The notes beneath the pieces are model-generated. The model did not search any database. It had not been told where the DNA came from and worked only from the letters and a program-made list of their open reading frames with translations. Below are positions 8,003-16,068 of a stretch of 64,000 nt of DNA, piece after piece (positions within the stretch are counted from its first letter, which is position 1; each line of letters opens with the position of its first letter). The translations under genes and the position numbers were made by a program. Source of the stretch: an uncultured Bacilli bacterium (GTDB lineage Bacteria; Bacillota_I; Bacilli_A; RF39; UBA660); assembly GCA_934141535.1 (NCBI GenBank), contig CAKPCH010000001.1, positions 79,341-143,340 of the forward strand, given 5' to 3'.

Positions 8003-10717
8003 CTATTTTATCAAAGATGATGAGATTGTTATAACTGGACGGACACCAGGATCGCTCGCATAGCTGACGGCGCCGCAGCTCAAGCCGCCGCTACAGTGAA
8101 CAAACCACGCGTAGCTAGAGTCATCAGCATCAGGTGTTATTGTCCAATAACCATATACTCCTGATACTGGATGTGCTGTATCTATCAAATAATCATATAG
8201 CCATGTTGATAAACCTGAAATATATGAATTATTAAATGTTTTTCCAGAGGCAGTGGCTATTTGACTAGCACTTGGAAAACTCACTTCTACTCCTTCTTTA
8301 TTAAATATTTCCTTTATATGGCCTAAATAATCTTTTCCTGTTGGAGCATTTGAACCTGTTGCTGTTATATTTTTACATGTTGTGTTATCTGTTCCTCCAT
8401 CTGTACACCAAGCTAATCTATATGGTACATATGAATCTGTAAAATTTTCTTTCATGATTAAACTTACATTATCTTCTGAATTTCCAAGTACAAAGAATGT
8501 ATTACTATAACTATCTCCTACATCGCATGTATATTCATCTCCGTAATTAAAACTTCCACTTGGTACATTACCTGTTGTTGCTTCTGTTACTGGATTACAT
8601 ATTGGAGGTGCTACTAATGATGATTTAGGCACTTCTATTACTGGACGAACTCCATAGCTAGTACTACTAACATTACTTTTATTAAATTGGCCCAGAAAAT
8701 ATACATACCATGCATAATTTGTATTTGTACCAGCAGATGAAGAAGCTGTCCAATAGCCATACGTTCCATCAATATCGCCGTTATTTAAACAACCATAAGA
8801 TGTACAAGTTTTCATTGTTCTATCATATAGCCAACCATAACTACATCCTGTTGTATTACCATATTTACATGTATCACTTTGTCTCGTAAAATTTGTATCA
8901 AAAAAGTAATAATTAATAGTATTAGTAGCTTCATTAAAAGTTGAATAACCTGTAATTTTAGCTATTTCATTTGCCGTTATAAGTCTTGCATTAAAATTAG
9001 AATAATCTACTGTATAATTTGCTTGAGATGCTTGTGATGACTGATCAACAGTATAATTTGAAGGAGTATTAGTCCCCTTCCAACCGCTTGTATCTGTTTT
9101 AAGTTGCGTTAGTAACGTACTAGGTCCTGATCCAATACTTCCAGTTGAATTCCAAGCAATTTTTGCTGTTGTATTGTGATCCAATATTAAATTAATATTA
9201 TCTCCACCATCATCGTTAAATGCATAAAACTTCATACATCCTGATTTTACTCCTGTAGCGCTCTGTGATGCAGTATAATTCGTACAAACTTTTCCAGTAT
9301 CTACATTGAAATATACTACTTCTCCATTTGTGTAGTGTTTTGGTGCCTCTTTGATTATAATATCACCATTAACTCTCGGTACAGTCAATAGTTTAGTAGT
9401 CTCATCATATAGGTAATCCGTTCCTCTTGTTAATGCCACATCTCCCATAATAACTCTAGGAACAGATAAATTTATAGTTGCTGTATATTTATTACCTTCT
9501 ACCACTTCATTGATACAATCTGTACATGTCACTCCATCATATGTTACTTTAAATATTTGCTTATAGTTAAATTCTATATTAAAACTTTGTGGATCACTAG
9601 TTACTAAACTTTCGTCTATTCCATCTTTATATTTTATTGTTATATATATTTTTTTAGTTACACCATTTGTACAGTTATCATCATCACATACTGGCATTAC
9701 CTCACCATTATTATAGCCATCTATTGTATAATCTAAAACACTGTCAGATTTGAATGAAGATTTAGGAATTGTTATTACTGGACGGATTCCATTTTCAAGG
9801 CTTACAAAGTTAGCAGTCAAGGAACCATTCGAACCCATAATTCGTGCACCATAAGTGGCATTTTCAACAGGGGTAGATGTCCAATAACCAGTTACATCTG
9901 ATACTGGATGAATTGTTCCATCTAAATAATCATATAGCCATGTTGGTAACATCTCTTCTTCGTTCCCTCCCGCAGCATATAACTGATCATATGTTGGCAA
10001 CGTTATTTGTGTCTGAGATAAATTTGTCCAAGTTAATGTATAAGCTCTTAAAGCTTTATTTGCTGTTATTGGTCCTTTAGTATTATTACCATTGTCATAA
10101 TTTGTTCCTCCTGCTGCTATATAGTCTTCTTGTGTTACCCATGCAACTTTTGATTTGTCTGTTGATGATGCTGTAACTATATTACCATCACTTCCTACAT
10201 TTGCATTTAAAATTAAGCTTACATTATCACCAGAGTTTTCTACTACAAAGAATGTTTTAGGTGTACCATCTCCTACATCACATATGTATTCATCTCCTGG
10301 ATTATAATTACCATCAGGTAAATATCCTAATGTAGGATTTGTTACTGGAGTACATATTGGAGATTGTGTAAGTGCTCCCATTTTTACATTACCCAAGTTT
10401 GTTATATCTACTTCATATTTTACAGTTGAATTCTTATTTGGTAATACTATATCTCCAAATATATTAGATACGTTATATTCTTCAGTTCTTGCTATAGCGT
10501 TATTATCTGTAGAACTTACTCTAATACCAGTTAATCTTACTGTCTTATCTATTCTTATCATAGCTATATTTTTCATAACTAAACTTGCGCTAAATGAAGC
10601 AAATCCTATGGTTAAAGTTGTTACTAAAATAAAAATAGTAATAATTAACCCTTGGGTTAATTTCTTACTATTAATATTTTTGAAATTGTTAAAACCATAA
10701 TTGTCTTTTCTTTTCAT
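8003..10717 (-). CDS. large (904 aa) secreted/surface protein with a SipW-cognate-type signal peptide, an N-terminal TasA-like beta-module, Ig-like middle modules and three DUF1566/Fib_succ_major-like lectin-type modules each ending in G(V/I)RPVI
   Basis: N-terminus ...LTQGLIITIFILVTTLTIGFASFSASLVMKN has a charged n-region, an h-region and the AAF-like FASF motif. Repeated module ends are NGIRPVITIPKSSF, YGVRPVIEVPKSSL and PGVRPVITISSSLIK. The modules contain YWTSTP...AWYV hallmarks of the DUF1566 family. It is the last gene of the tasA-sipW-DUF5305 operon. Confidence 0.8.
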   Translation of the reverse strand: MKRKDNYGFNNFKNINSKKLTQGLIITIFILVTTLTIGFASFSASLVMKNIAMIRIDKTVRLTGIRVSSTDNNAIARTEEYNVSNIFGDIVLPNKNSTVKYEVDITNLGNVKMGALTQSPICTPVTNPTLGYLPDGNYNPGDEYICDVGDGTPKTFFVVENSGDNVSLILNANVGSDGNIVTASSTDKSKVAWVTQEDYIAAGGTNYDNGNNTKGPITANKALRAYTLTWTNLSQTQITLPTYDQLYAAGGNEEEMLPTWLYDYLDGTIHPVSDVTGYWTSTPVENATYGARIMGSNGSLTANFVSLENGIRPVITIPKSSFKSDSVLDYTIDGYNNGEVMPVCDDDNCTNGVTKKIYITIKYKDGIDESLVTSDPQSFNIEFNYKQIFKVTYDGVTCTDCINEVVEGNKYTATINLSVPRVIMGDVALTRGTDYLYDETTKLLTVPRVNGDIIIKEAPKHYTNGEVVYFNVDTGKVCTNYTASQSATGVKSGCMKFYAFNDDGGDNINLILDHNTTAKIAWNSTGSIGSGPSTLLTQLKTDTSGWKGTNTPSNYTVDQSSQASQANYTVDYSNFNARLITANEIAKITGYSTFNEATNTINYYFFDTNFTRQSDTCKYGNTTGCSYGWLYDRTMKTCTSYGCLNNGDIDGTYGYWTASSSAGTNTNYAWYVYFLGQFNKSNVSSTSYGVRPVIEVPKSSLVAPPICNPVTEATTGNVPSGSFNYGDEYTCDVGDSYSNTFFVLGNSEDNVSLIMKENFTDSYVPYRLAWCTDGGTDNTTCKNITATGSNAPTGKDYLGHIKEIFNKEGVEVSFPSASQIATASGKTFNNSYISGLSTWLYDYLIDTAHPVSGVYGYWTITPDADDSSYAWFVHCSGGLSCGAVSYASDPGVRPVITISSSLIK

Positions 10718-10727
10718 ATTTTATCAC

Positions 10728-11855
10728 CTATAAATCAACGCTTTTTACATAATATATATATAATACTTTACCATCCTTTACATAAAAGCAACATTTTTCA
10801 CTATTTATTTTAACATACATAATTGGTATTTTTAAATTATCTCTAACATCAAGTAATTCTTGAAATTTAGTAATCTTATATACGTCATGCTCTTTTAAAT
10901 CAGGTATACGATTAGTTTCAACTATTGTTCTATCATAATCATTTAATAATTTATTAACATAACTATTGTATTTATCTTTTTTTGGAAGTAATACTACTAA
11001 TAGTTTTATTAAATATATGAAACTTGCTAATCCTAATAATATTAATATTATGCCAGCTACAAAGAATGGTTTATTACCTATCATAGCACTTACAGTCTTT
11101 GTAGCACTACCATTTTTATTTGTATTTGATGCATCTATATTTATATTAATTTGTCTTGTTGAAAGTGGTATTGTTAAAGTAGATGAACTTGAATTGTTAT
11201 AATCTATACCAAATGCACTTTCTTTACCTAATGTATTTGTAATTAATTTAATAATTAATTTACTATCACAACTTACACCATATGTACTTTTAAATGTATT
11301 TGCTAAGTCATTATATTTATTATAATCAATTGCTATTGTTTTATCTAATGAATATCCACTAGCACTGTTTTCTAACCCTTTAACATTATCTTCTAATACA
11401 TAATCTTTTGTATATAGTATTTTACCTGAATTCCCTTCCGGAGTAATAACAAGGCTTGCTACTATTTTATAATCATGATTAATTGTAGATGTTCTATTTA
11501 CCATAAAATTATATTTAAATGTTACATTAATATAGTCAATTAAACTTGCTATATAAGTCATATTCTCATCCAAATATGGTGCTTCATAGAAGTCATTTGG
11601 TTTTAAATAAACTTTGTAACCTGTACTACTACTTTCTTGATAATTTACATAAACGTTCTTATTTCTATCTATTGATAAATTAATAAACATTACTGAGGTA
11701 ATTATCATGACTATAGTGAGAATTAAAGAGAAAGTAATTCTTGCGTTAAAGCTAATATATCTTTCTTTTTTCTTCTTTACAATTTTTTCAGTTACTTTCA
11801 CTTCTTCGTTATTAGTTTTCTCACTTTCTTTAATTATGTTTCCCTTTTTTTCCAT
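10728..11855 (-). CDS. DUF5305-like accessory membrane protein: an N-terminal TM anchor, a ~230-aa extracytoplasmic domain and a C-proximal TM
   Basis: 375 aa. TM helices at ~38-58 and ~268-290 (FFVAGIILILLGLASFIYLIKLLVVLL). Its position immediately downstream of sipW matches the sipW/tasA-associated DUF5305 genes of Clostridia. The family name is assigned from memory, not from a search. Confidence 0.55.
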   Translation of the reverse strand: MEKKGNIIKESEKTNNEEVKVTEKIVKKKKERYISFNARITFSLILTIVMIITSVMFINLSIDRNKNVYVNYQESSSTGYKVYLKPNDFYEAPYLDENMTYIASLIDYINVTFKYNFMVNRTSTINHDYKIVASLVITPEGNSGKILYTKDYVLEDNVKGLENSASGYSLDKTIAIDYNKYNDLANTFKSTYGVSCDSKLIIKLITNTLGKESAFGIDYNNSSSSTLTIPLSTRQININIDASNTNKNGSATKTVSAMIGNKPFFVAGIILILLGLASFIYLIKLLVVLLPKKDKYNSYVNKLLNDYDRTIVETNRIPDLKEHDVYKITKFQELLDVRDNLKIPIMYVKINSEKCCFYVKDGKVLYIYYVKSVDL

Positions 11856-11870
11856 CTTAATCTCTCCTTT

Positions 11871-13001
11871 TTACAATTCGCTTAGCATTACTGTTGGATA
11901 TCCTATAAAAGGTATTTGAACATTAACTATTCCCTTTATCATATCTTCAGTTATCTTATATCCATCTTGACTTGCATTAGCATCACCTTTAGTATAGAAA
12001 TAATGTTCACCATCTATATCAAGCACCTTAACAACTCTATGAACTATTACTTTATTTTCATACTCATAAGCAACTATGTCCCCTACTTTAATTTTATCGT
12101 AGTCTTTATCAATTTTCTTAATAATAACAACTGCTCCTCTATCAAATGTAGGACTCATTGATCCACTAGCAATCGCTACTGCTGTATATTTGAAATAACC
12201 ACTTGTAAAATAAGTAAGTACAACTACAAGTCCGAATAACAACGCATAAGAAATTATATTTATTTTATTATTACTTCTTGTCATTACCTCTTCGTTTAAT
12301 ACATCTTTAAATTCTCTTAATAATATTGTAAATAATATTATAGGAACTAACAAGTCAAATATTGACTTCATATATTCACTAAAGTTTGGAACTATAGGAA
12401 GTAAATAACTATATACACCAAGTACTAATCCAAGTAATAATGATGGCTTATAACCAGCATTTAAGCATATATACGTCTTACATAAATTACGTGCTATACT
12501 TGGAAGTAAATATAACCCAACAAACACTAATATGTTATATACTGAATCAAAATCAGCATAATATATAGTATTTGTTACATCAACAGTAATCAAAAGTATA
12601 GTCGTAAAAATTATTAATAATATATTTCCTTCGCTTTTCTGTAACAATTGATATCTTAAAAACTCACTTAATATTATAACTAATACTGTAGGAAGTATAA
12701 ACGTTGTAAATGATTTAAAAGTATAATAATTGTTATTATAAGCAAATCCTGAAAAGAAACCTATTATGTAATATATAACTAATACTATAATCAAATATAT
12801 TAATATTGATTTCATTACATTTGAACTGTTTTGGTGTTTATCTTTTTCAAAATTAAAATTAATTTTAAAAATGATAAGCGCTAAAACCATAAATAAAACA
12901 ATATAATAATTGCTTAGTATATTTTTAAAGAAACTGTTAAAAAGTAAAACTAAAAACAATGTTAATTCAATTATTAATATTTTCAAATAACTTTTTTTCA
13001 T
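11871..13001 (-). CDS. sipW: ER/archaeal-type signal peptidase I (SipW family, S26B) fused in-frame to an N-terminal ~240-aa polytopic (about 6-TM) membrane domain
   Basis: C-terminal 137 aa: MTRSNNKINIISYALLFGLVVVLTYF (TM), then SGSMSPT (catalytic Ser box), VGDIVAY, VHRV (catalytic His), TKGDAN and QIPFIGY. This is collinear with B. subtilis SipW. There is no stop codon between the membrane domain and the peptidase domain across 376 codons, in a genome where stops are frequent. Confidence 0.8.
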   Translation of the reverse strand: MKKSYLKILIIELTLFLVLLFNSFFKNILSNYYIVLFMVLALIIFKINFNFEKDKHQNSSNVMKSILIYLIIVLVIYYIIGFFSGFAYNNNYYTFKSFTTFILPTVLVIILSEFLRYQLLQKSEGNILLIIFTTILLITVDVTNTIYYADFDSVYNILVFVGLYLLPSIARNLCKTYICLNAGYKPSLLLGLVLGVYSYLLPIVPNFSEYMKSIFDLLVPIILFTILLREFKDVLNEEVMTRSNNKINIISYALLFGLVVVLTYFTSGYFKYTAVAIASGSMSPTFDRGAVVIIKKIDKDYDKIKVGDIVAYEYENKVIVHRVVKVLDIDGEHYFYTKGDANASQDGYKITEDMIKGIVNVQIPFIGYPTVMLSEL

Positions 13002-13028
13002 GTTTCACCTCTTAAACAATATTTAGAC

Positions 13029-13059
13029 TAGAGATAATAGACGAATTCTATTATCTCTA
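13029..13059. promoter_or_regulatory. intercistronic perfect 12-bp stem-loop between the TasA-like gene and sipW; candidate attenuator or mRNA-stability element
   Basis: tagagataatag (13029-13040) / ctattatctcta (13048-13059) with a 7-nt loop. No clean T-run follows on the coding (minus) strand. Confidence 0.4.
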
Positions 13060-13082
13060 ACCTAATTTTAGAAATTAATTTA

Positions 13083-13742
13083 TTAGTTAGCTGGAGTATC
13101 TGAAGTATATTTTAATTCAACACTACCAAAGTCAACTTTAACGTCACCATCAACGTCAACAGCATCACTTGCATAACTAATAGTAATAACTGCTTGACCA
13201 GCACCGTCAGTTTTAACTAATTTTTGTGCTTCAGCTTGAACTTTATTTAATTCAGTTGTAGCAGTAAATGTTTGTAATGATTCAGCAGCAGGTCCAACTT
13301 TTACAGTCATAGTAATTTTATCACAAGCAGCAGCCATTAAATCACTAGATACAGATGTCTTACCTTCAGTTACAACAGCAGTACATTTAGTTGTTGCTGG
13401 TGTAAATGTTACAGTTCTTAAATAAGCATCATAAGCACCTTGATTTAAAACTGGAATAGTCATAGTAACTGAATCACCTGGTTTAGATAATTGAGCTGTA
13501 ATAGCTGCTATAGTATTTGTTCCTTCAGCACCACTAGATAGTGTTACAGAACCTTTATCAGATGGACTTACTGATCCTGCTCCAAATAAAACTTTAAAGT
13601 TTTCTGAAGTTGGAGTTACAGTTGCCTCTGATTTAATAGTTAATGTACTAGAGAAAGCTGCAAAACCGATACTTAAACCTAATACTGAGATAACTAATGC
13701 TACTAAAGCTACTGTTTTACTATTTTGTTCTTGCATAAACAT
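13083..13742 (-). CDS. TasA/camelysin-family (peptidase M73-like) secreted fibre subunit with a SipW-cognate signal peptide
   Basis: N-terminus KTVALVALVISVLGLSIGFAAFSSTLTIKS matches the SipW-cognate class with an AAF motif. The core LSKPGDSVTMTIPVLNQGAYDAYL resembles the TasA segment LKPGDKLTKDFQFENNGSLAIKEVL. 219 aa. It is the first gene of the operon with sipW. Confidence 0.8.
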   Translation of the reverse strand: MFMQEQNSKTVALVALVISVLGLSIGFAAFSSTLTIKSEATVTPTSENFKVLFGAGSVSPSDKGSVTLSSGAEGTNTIAAITAQLSKPGDSVTMTIPVLNQGAYDAYLRTVTFTPATTKCTAVVTEGKTSVSSDLMAAACDKITMTVKVGPAAESLQTFTATTELNKVQAEAQKLVKTDGAGQAVITISYASDAVDVDGDVKVDFGSVELKYTSDTPAN

Positions 13743-13833
13743 TCCTTCCTTTCTAACATAATTTGTACATACGATGGAAACCCTTCTTATGTTACATTAA
13801 AATTATATATCAGATAGAAATAAATTTCAATGT

Positions 13834-13880
13834 TTTTTTACAATTTTTTTTACATTTTTTTTACATTATTATATTTTGAC
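13834..13880. promoter_or_regulatory. three direct TTTACA repeats spaced ~11-12 bp in the divergent intergenic region between the tasA-sipW operon and the VanY genes
   Basis: tttaca at 13837, 13849 and 13860, each followed by a T-run. They lie between two divergently transcribed gene sets. Confidence 0.3.
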
Positions 13881-13924
13881 TTTATAAATAAACAAAACTA
13901 TGGTAGAATAATAATGGTGATAAT

Positions 13925-14893
13925 ATGAAAAGAAAGATGAAAAAAAGACCTATATTTATTTTAATTTTTATAATTATATTTATAATTGTTGTAATAAGTT
14001 TTATAGTAAGAACTATTAATTATCATAAAACTTATGACTATAAGCTTGGAAAACAAGGTTTTAATAAAGAAGAAATAGTAGAACTAAAAAAACTAAAAGA
14101 TGATACATTAAACTATTTACTTACTATTACTTATAATAAAGATATAGTAAATATAATTAAAGAAAAATATTTCTTAGAAAAAAACTTAAGTAAATATATA
14201 ACTTATTTAGAAAAAAATAAAGATAAAGATATATCTGATATAATTTCTATTGTTAATGTGGGCGCAGATAATGATTTTTATACCAATACAAAGAAAACTG
14301 ATACTAATAAAGGTATACTTATGTTAACAAATAAGTATTATGGTTTAGATGAAACATATGATGATACAACTATGAAAGAAATAAGTTCTACTTATAGTTA
14401 TGGAAGTGATCAAATGTTAGTACCAGAAGCACTTAATGCATTTATTAATATGTTTAAAGCTGCAAAAAAAGAAAATCTAACATTAATTATAAACTCCTCA
14501 TATAGAAGTTATAAAGATCAAGATGAAGTTTATAATAAATATAAAGATACTAAAGGAGAAGAATATGCAGATTCAATAGCAGCCCGTCCTGGTTATTCAG
14601 AACATCAAACAGGACTTGCCATTGATATTCAAACATATGGTTCAAGAGCCGCTACATTTGAAGAATTCGATGAATTTAAATGGTTACAAAATAATGCTCA
14701 TAAATATGGTTTTATATTAAGATATCCTAAAGATAAAGAATATTTAACAGGTTACTCATATGAGTCATGGCATTATAGATATGTTGGAATTAGTGCTGCT
14801 ACATATATTAAAGAAAATAATATAACATTTGATGAATATTATGCATATTTTATAGAAGGTAAAGAAAATGAAAAAGAAACGACTAAAAATTAA
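13925..14893 (+). CDS. membrane-anchored D-alanyl-D-alanine carboxypeptidase, VanY/peptidase M15B family (paralog 1 of 3)
   Basis: N-terminal TM (PIFILIFIIIFIIVVISFIV). C-terminal M15B motifs ARPGYSEHQTGLAIDI and SWHYRYVG. RBS aatggtgataatATG. Confidence 0.8.
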   Translation: MKRKMKKRPIFILIFIIIFIIVVISFIVRTINYHKTYDYKLGKQGFNKEEIVELKKLKDDTLNYLLTITYNKDIVNIIKEKYFLEKNLSKYITYLEKNKDKDISDIISIVNVGADNDFYTNTKKTDTNKGILMLTNKYYGLDETYDDTTMKEISSTYSYGSDQMLVPEALNAFINMFKAAKKENLTLIINSSYRSYKDQDEVYNKYKDTKGEEYADSIAARPGYSEHQTGLAIDIQTYGSRAATFEEFDEFKWLQNNAHKYGFILRYPKDKEYLTGYSYESWHYRYVGISAATYIKENNITFDEYYAYFIEGKENEKETTKN

Positions 14894-16028
14894 AAAATTA
14901 ATATTATTTATACTTATAGTTTTAATAATACTTATATTATTAGTTTTATTTAATCATAAAAATAATAAAGATTTAAAATCTATTGGTTATAATGAACTAG
15001 AAATAAGTTCAATAGAAAAACTAACTAAATCAGAAATAAATGAAATAAGAAAATATAAATATAATAAAAATATAATATATATAATAGAAAGTGAAAACTA
15101 TAATCCAAATAAAATAAAATATTATTTAAAAGGAATTAATGAAAATAAAAAAATAGATTACTTAAAAATATTTAATTTAATAAATGATGATGAATTTAAA
15201 GAAAATAATTTTGATATATATTTAAATTTATTAAATAAATATGATAATTATAAAGGTATTTTAAAATATGTAAATGATTATTCTAGTAATAATATAAAGC
15301 TTGATAACACAACACTTTCATTTATAGAACAAGAATATTTTATTATAGATTACTTAGATAGATATATAAATTATTATAATGATAATAAAAATTTAGATTT
15401 TAAAGAAATAGTAACACGTGTTAATTCTAATCTAGATTATAAATTTTATGATGATTCTAAAGAAGCTGATTTATCTAAAGGAATGTATACTTTAGTAAAT
15501 AAATTCTATTATTTAGGCAAAGATTATGTACCAGATGATTTAGAAGTAATAGATGGTATATATGCAAGAGATAGTGCTAAAGCTGTTAAAGTTGCAGCTA
15601 CTACATTTAAAAAAATGGCTGATGATGCAAGGAATGAAGGCTTAACTATAAAAGTTACAACAGGATATAGAAGTTATAATTTTCAATCCACTTTATATAA
15701 TAACTATGTTAAAATAGATGGTGTAAAAGAAGCTGATACCTACTCTGCTCGACCTGGTTATTCAGAACATCAATTAGGATATTCACTAGATTTAACAAAT
15801 GCTAAAAACGTAGGATTTAGAGATTTTGATAAAACAAAAGAATATGAATGGTTAAGTAAAAATGCATATAAATATGGATTTATACAAAGATATCCTAAAG
15901 ACAAAGAATATTTAACAGGATATATGTATGAATCATGGCATTATAGATATGTTGGTGATGATATAGCAAAATATATCTATGAAAATAACTTAACATACGA
16001 AGAATATTATGCCTACTTTAAAAGATAG
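14868..16028 (+). CDS. membrane-anchored VanY/peptidase M15B family D,D-carboxypeptidase (paralog 2) with a long N/K-rich N-terminal extension
   Basis: SARPGYSEHQLGYSLDL and ESWHYRYVG motifs, and an N-terminal TM. The start overlaps the previous gene by 26 nt. Confidence 0.8.
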   Translation: MKKKRLKIKKLILFILIVLIILILLVLFNHKNNKDLKSIGYNELEISSIEKLTKSEINEIRKYKYNKNIIYIIESENYNPNKIKYYLKGINENKKIDYLKIFNLINDDEFKENNFDIYLNLLNKYDNYKGILKYVNDYSSNNIKLDNTTLSFIEQEYFIIDYLDRYINYYNDNKNLDFKEIVTRVNSNLDYKFYDDSKEADLSKGMYTLVNKFYYLGKDYVPDDLEVIDGIYARDSAKAVKVAATTFKKMADDARNEGLTIKVTTGYRSYNFQSTLYNNYVKIDGVKEADTYSARPGYSEHQLGYSLDLTNAKNVGFRDFDKTKEYEWLSKNAYKYGFIQRYPKDKEYLTGYMYESWHYRYVGDDIAKYIYENNLTYEEYYAYFKR

Positions 16029-16068
16029 TAAATGCTATCTTTTTTTCATATAATATAATGGTGATAAT

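Noticed and set aside
8041-8110. GC-rich island considered as a possible tRNA or ncRNA
   Set aside because: It is in-frame coding sequence of a conserved module tip between conserved flanks, with no cloverleaf potential. It is reported instead as a DGR-like codon patch.
9877-10080. Short antisense ORFs inside the giant surface-protein genes (9877-10080, 52786-52992, 53074-53274, 54264-54650, 60253-60444, 60603-60803)
   Set aside because: They are embedded antisense in long ORFs with clear domain architecture. Their products are Leu/His-rich low-complexity, and they have no RBS.
10966-12161. Antisense ORFs 10966-11202, 11707-11919 and 11916-12161 within the DUF5305-like and sipW genes
   Set aside because: The opposite strand encodes conserved SipW motifs, so these are chance open frames.
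11871-13001. Possibility that the sipW ORF is really two genes, a membrane protein plus sipW
   Set aside because: There is no stop codon anywhere in 376 codons. The internal Met at 12284 has no separate upstream stop, so as sequenced it is one ORF. This is flagged as a fusion to verify rather than split.
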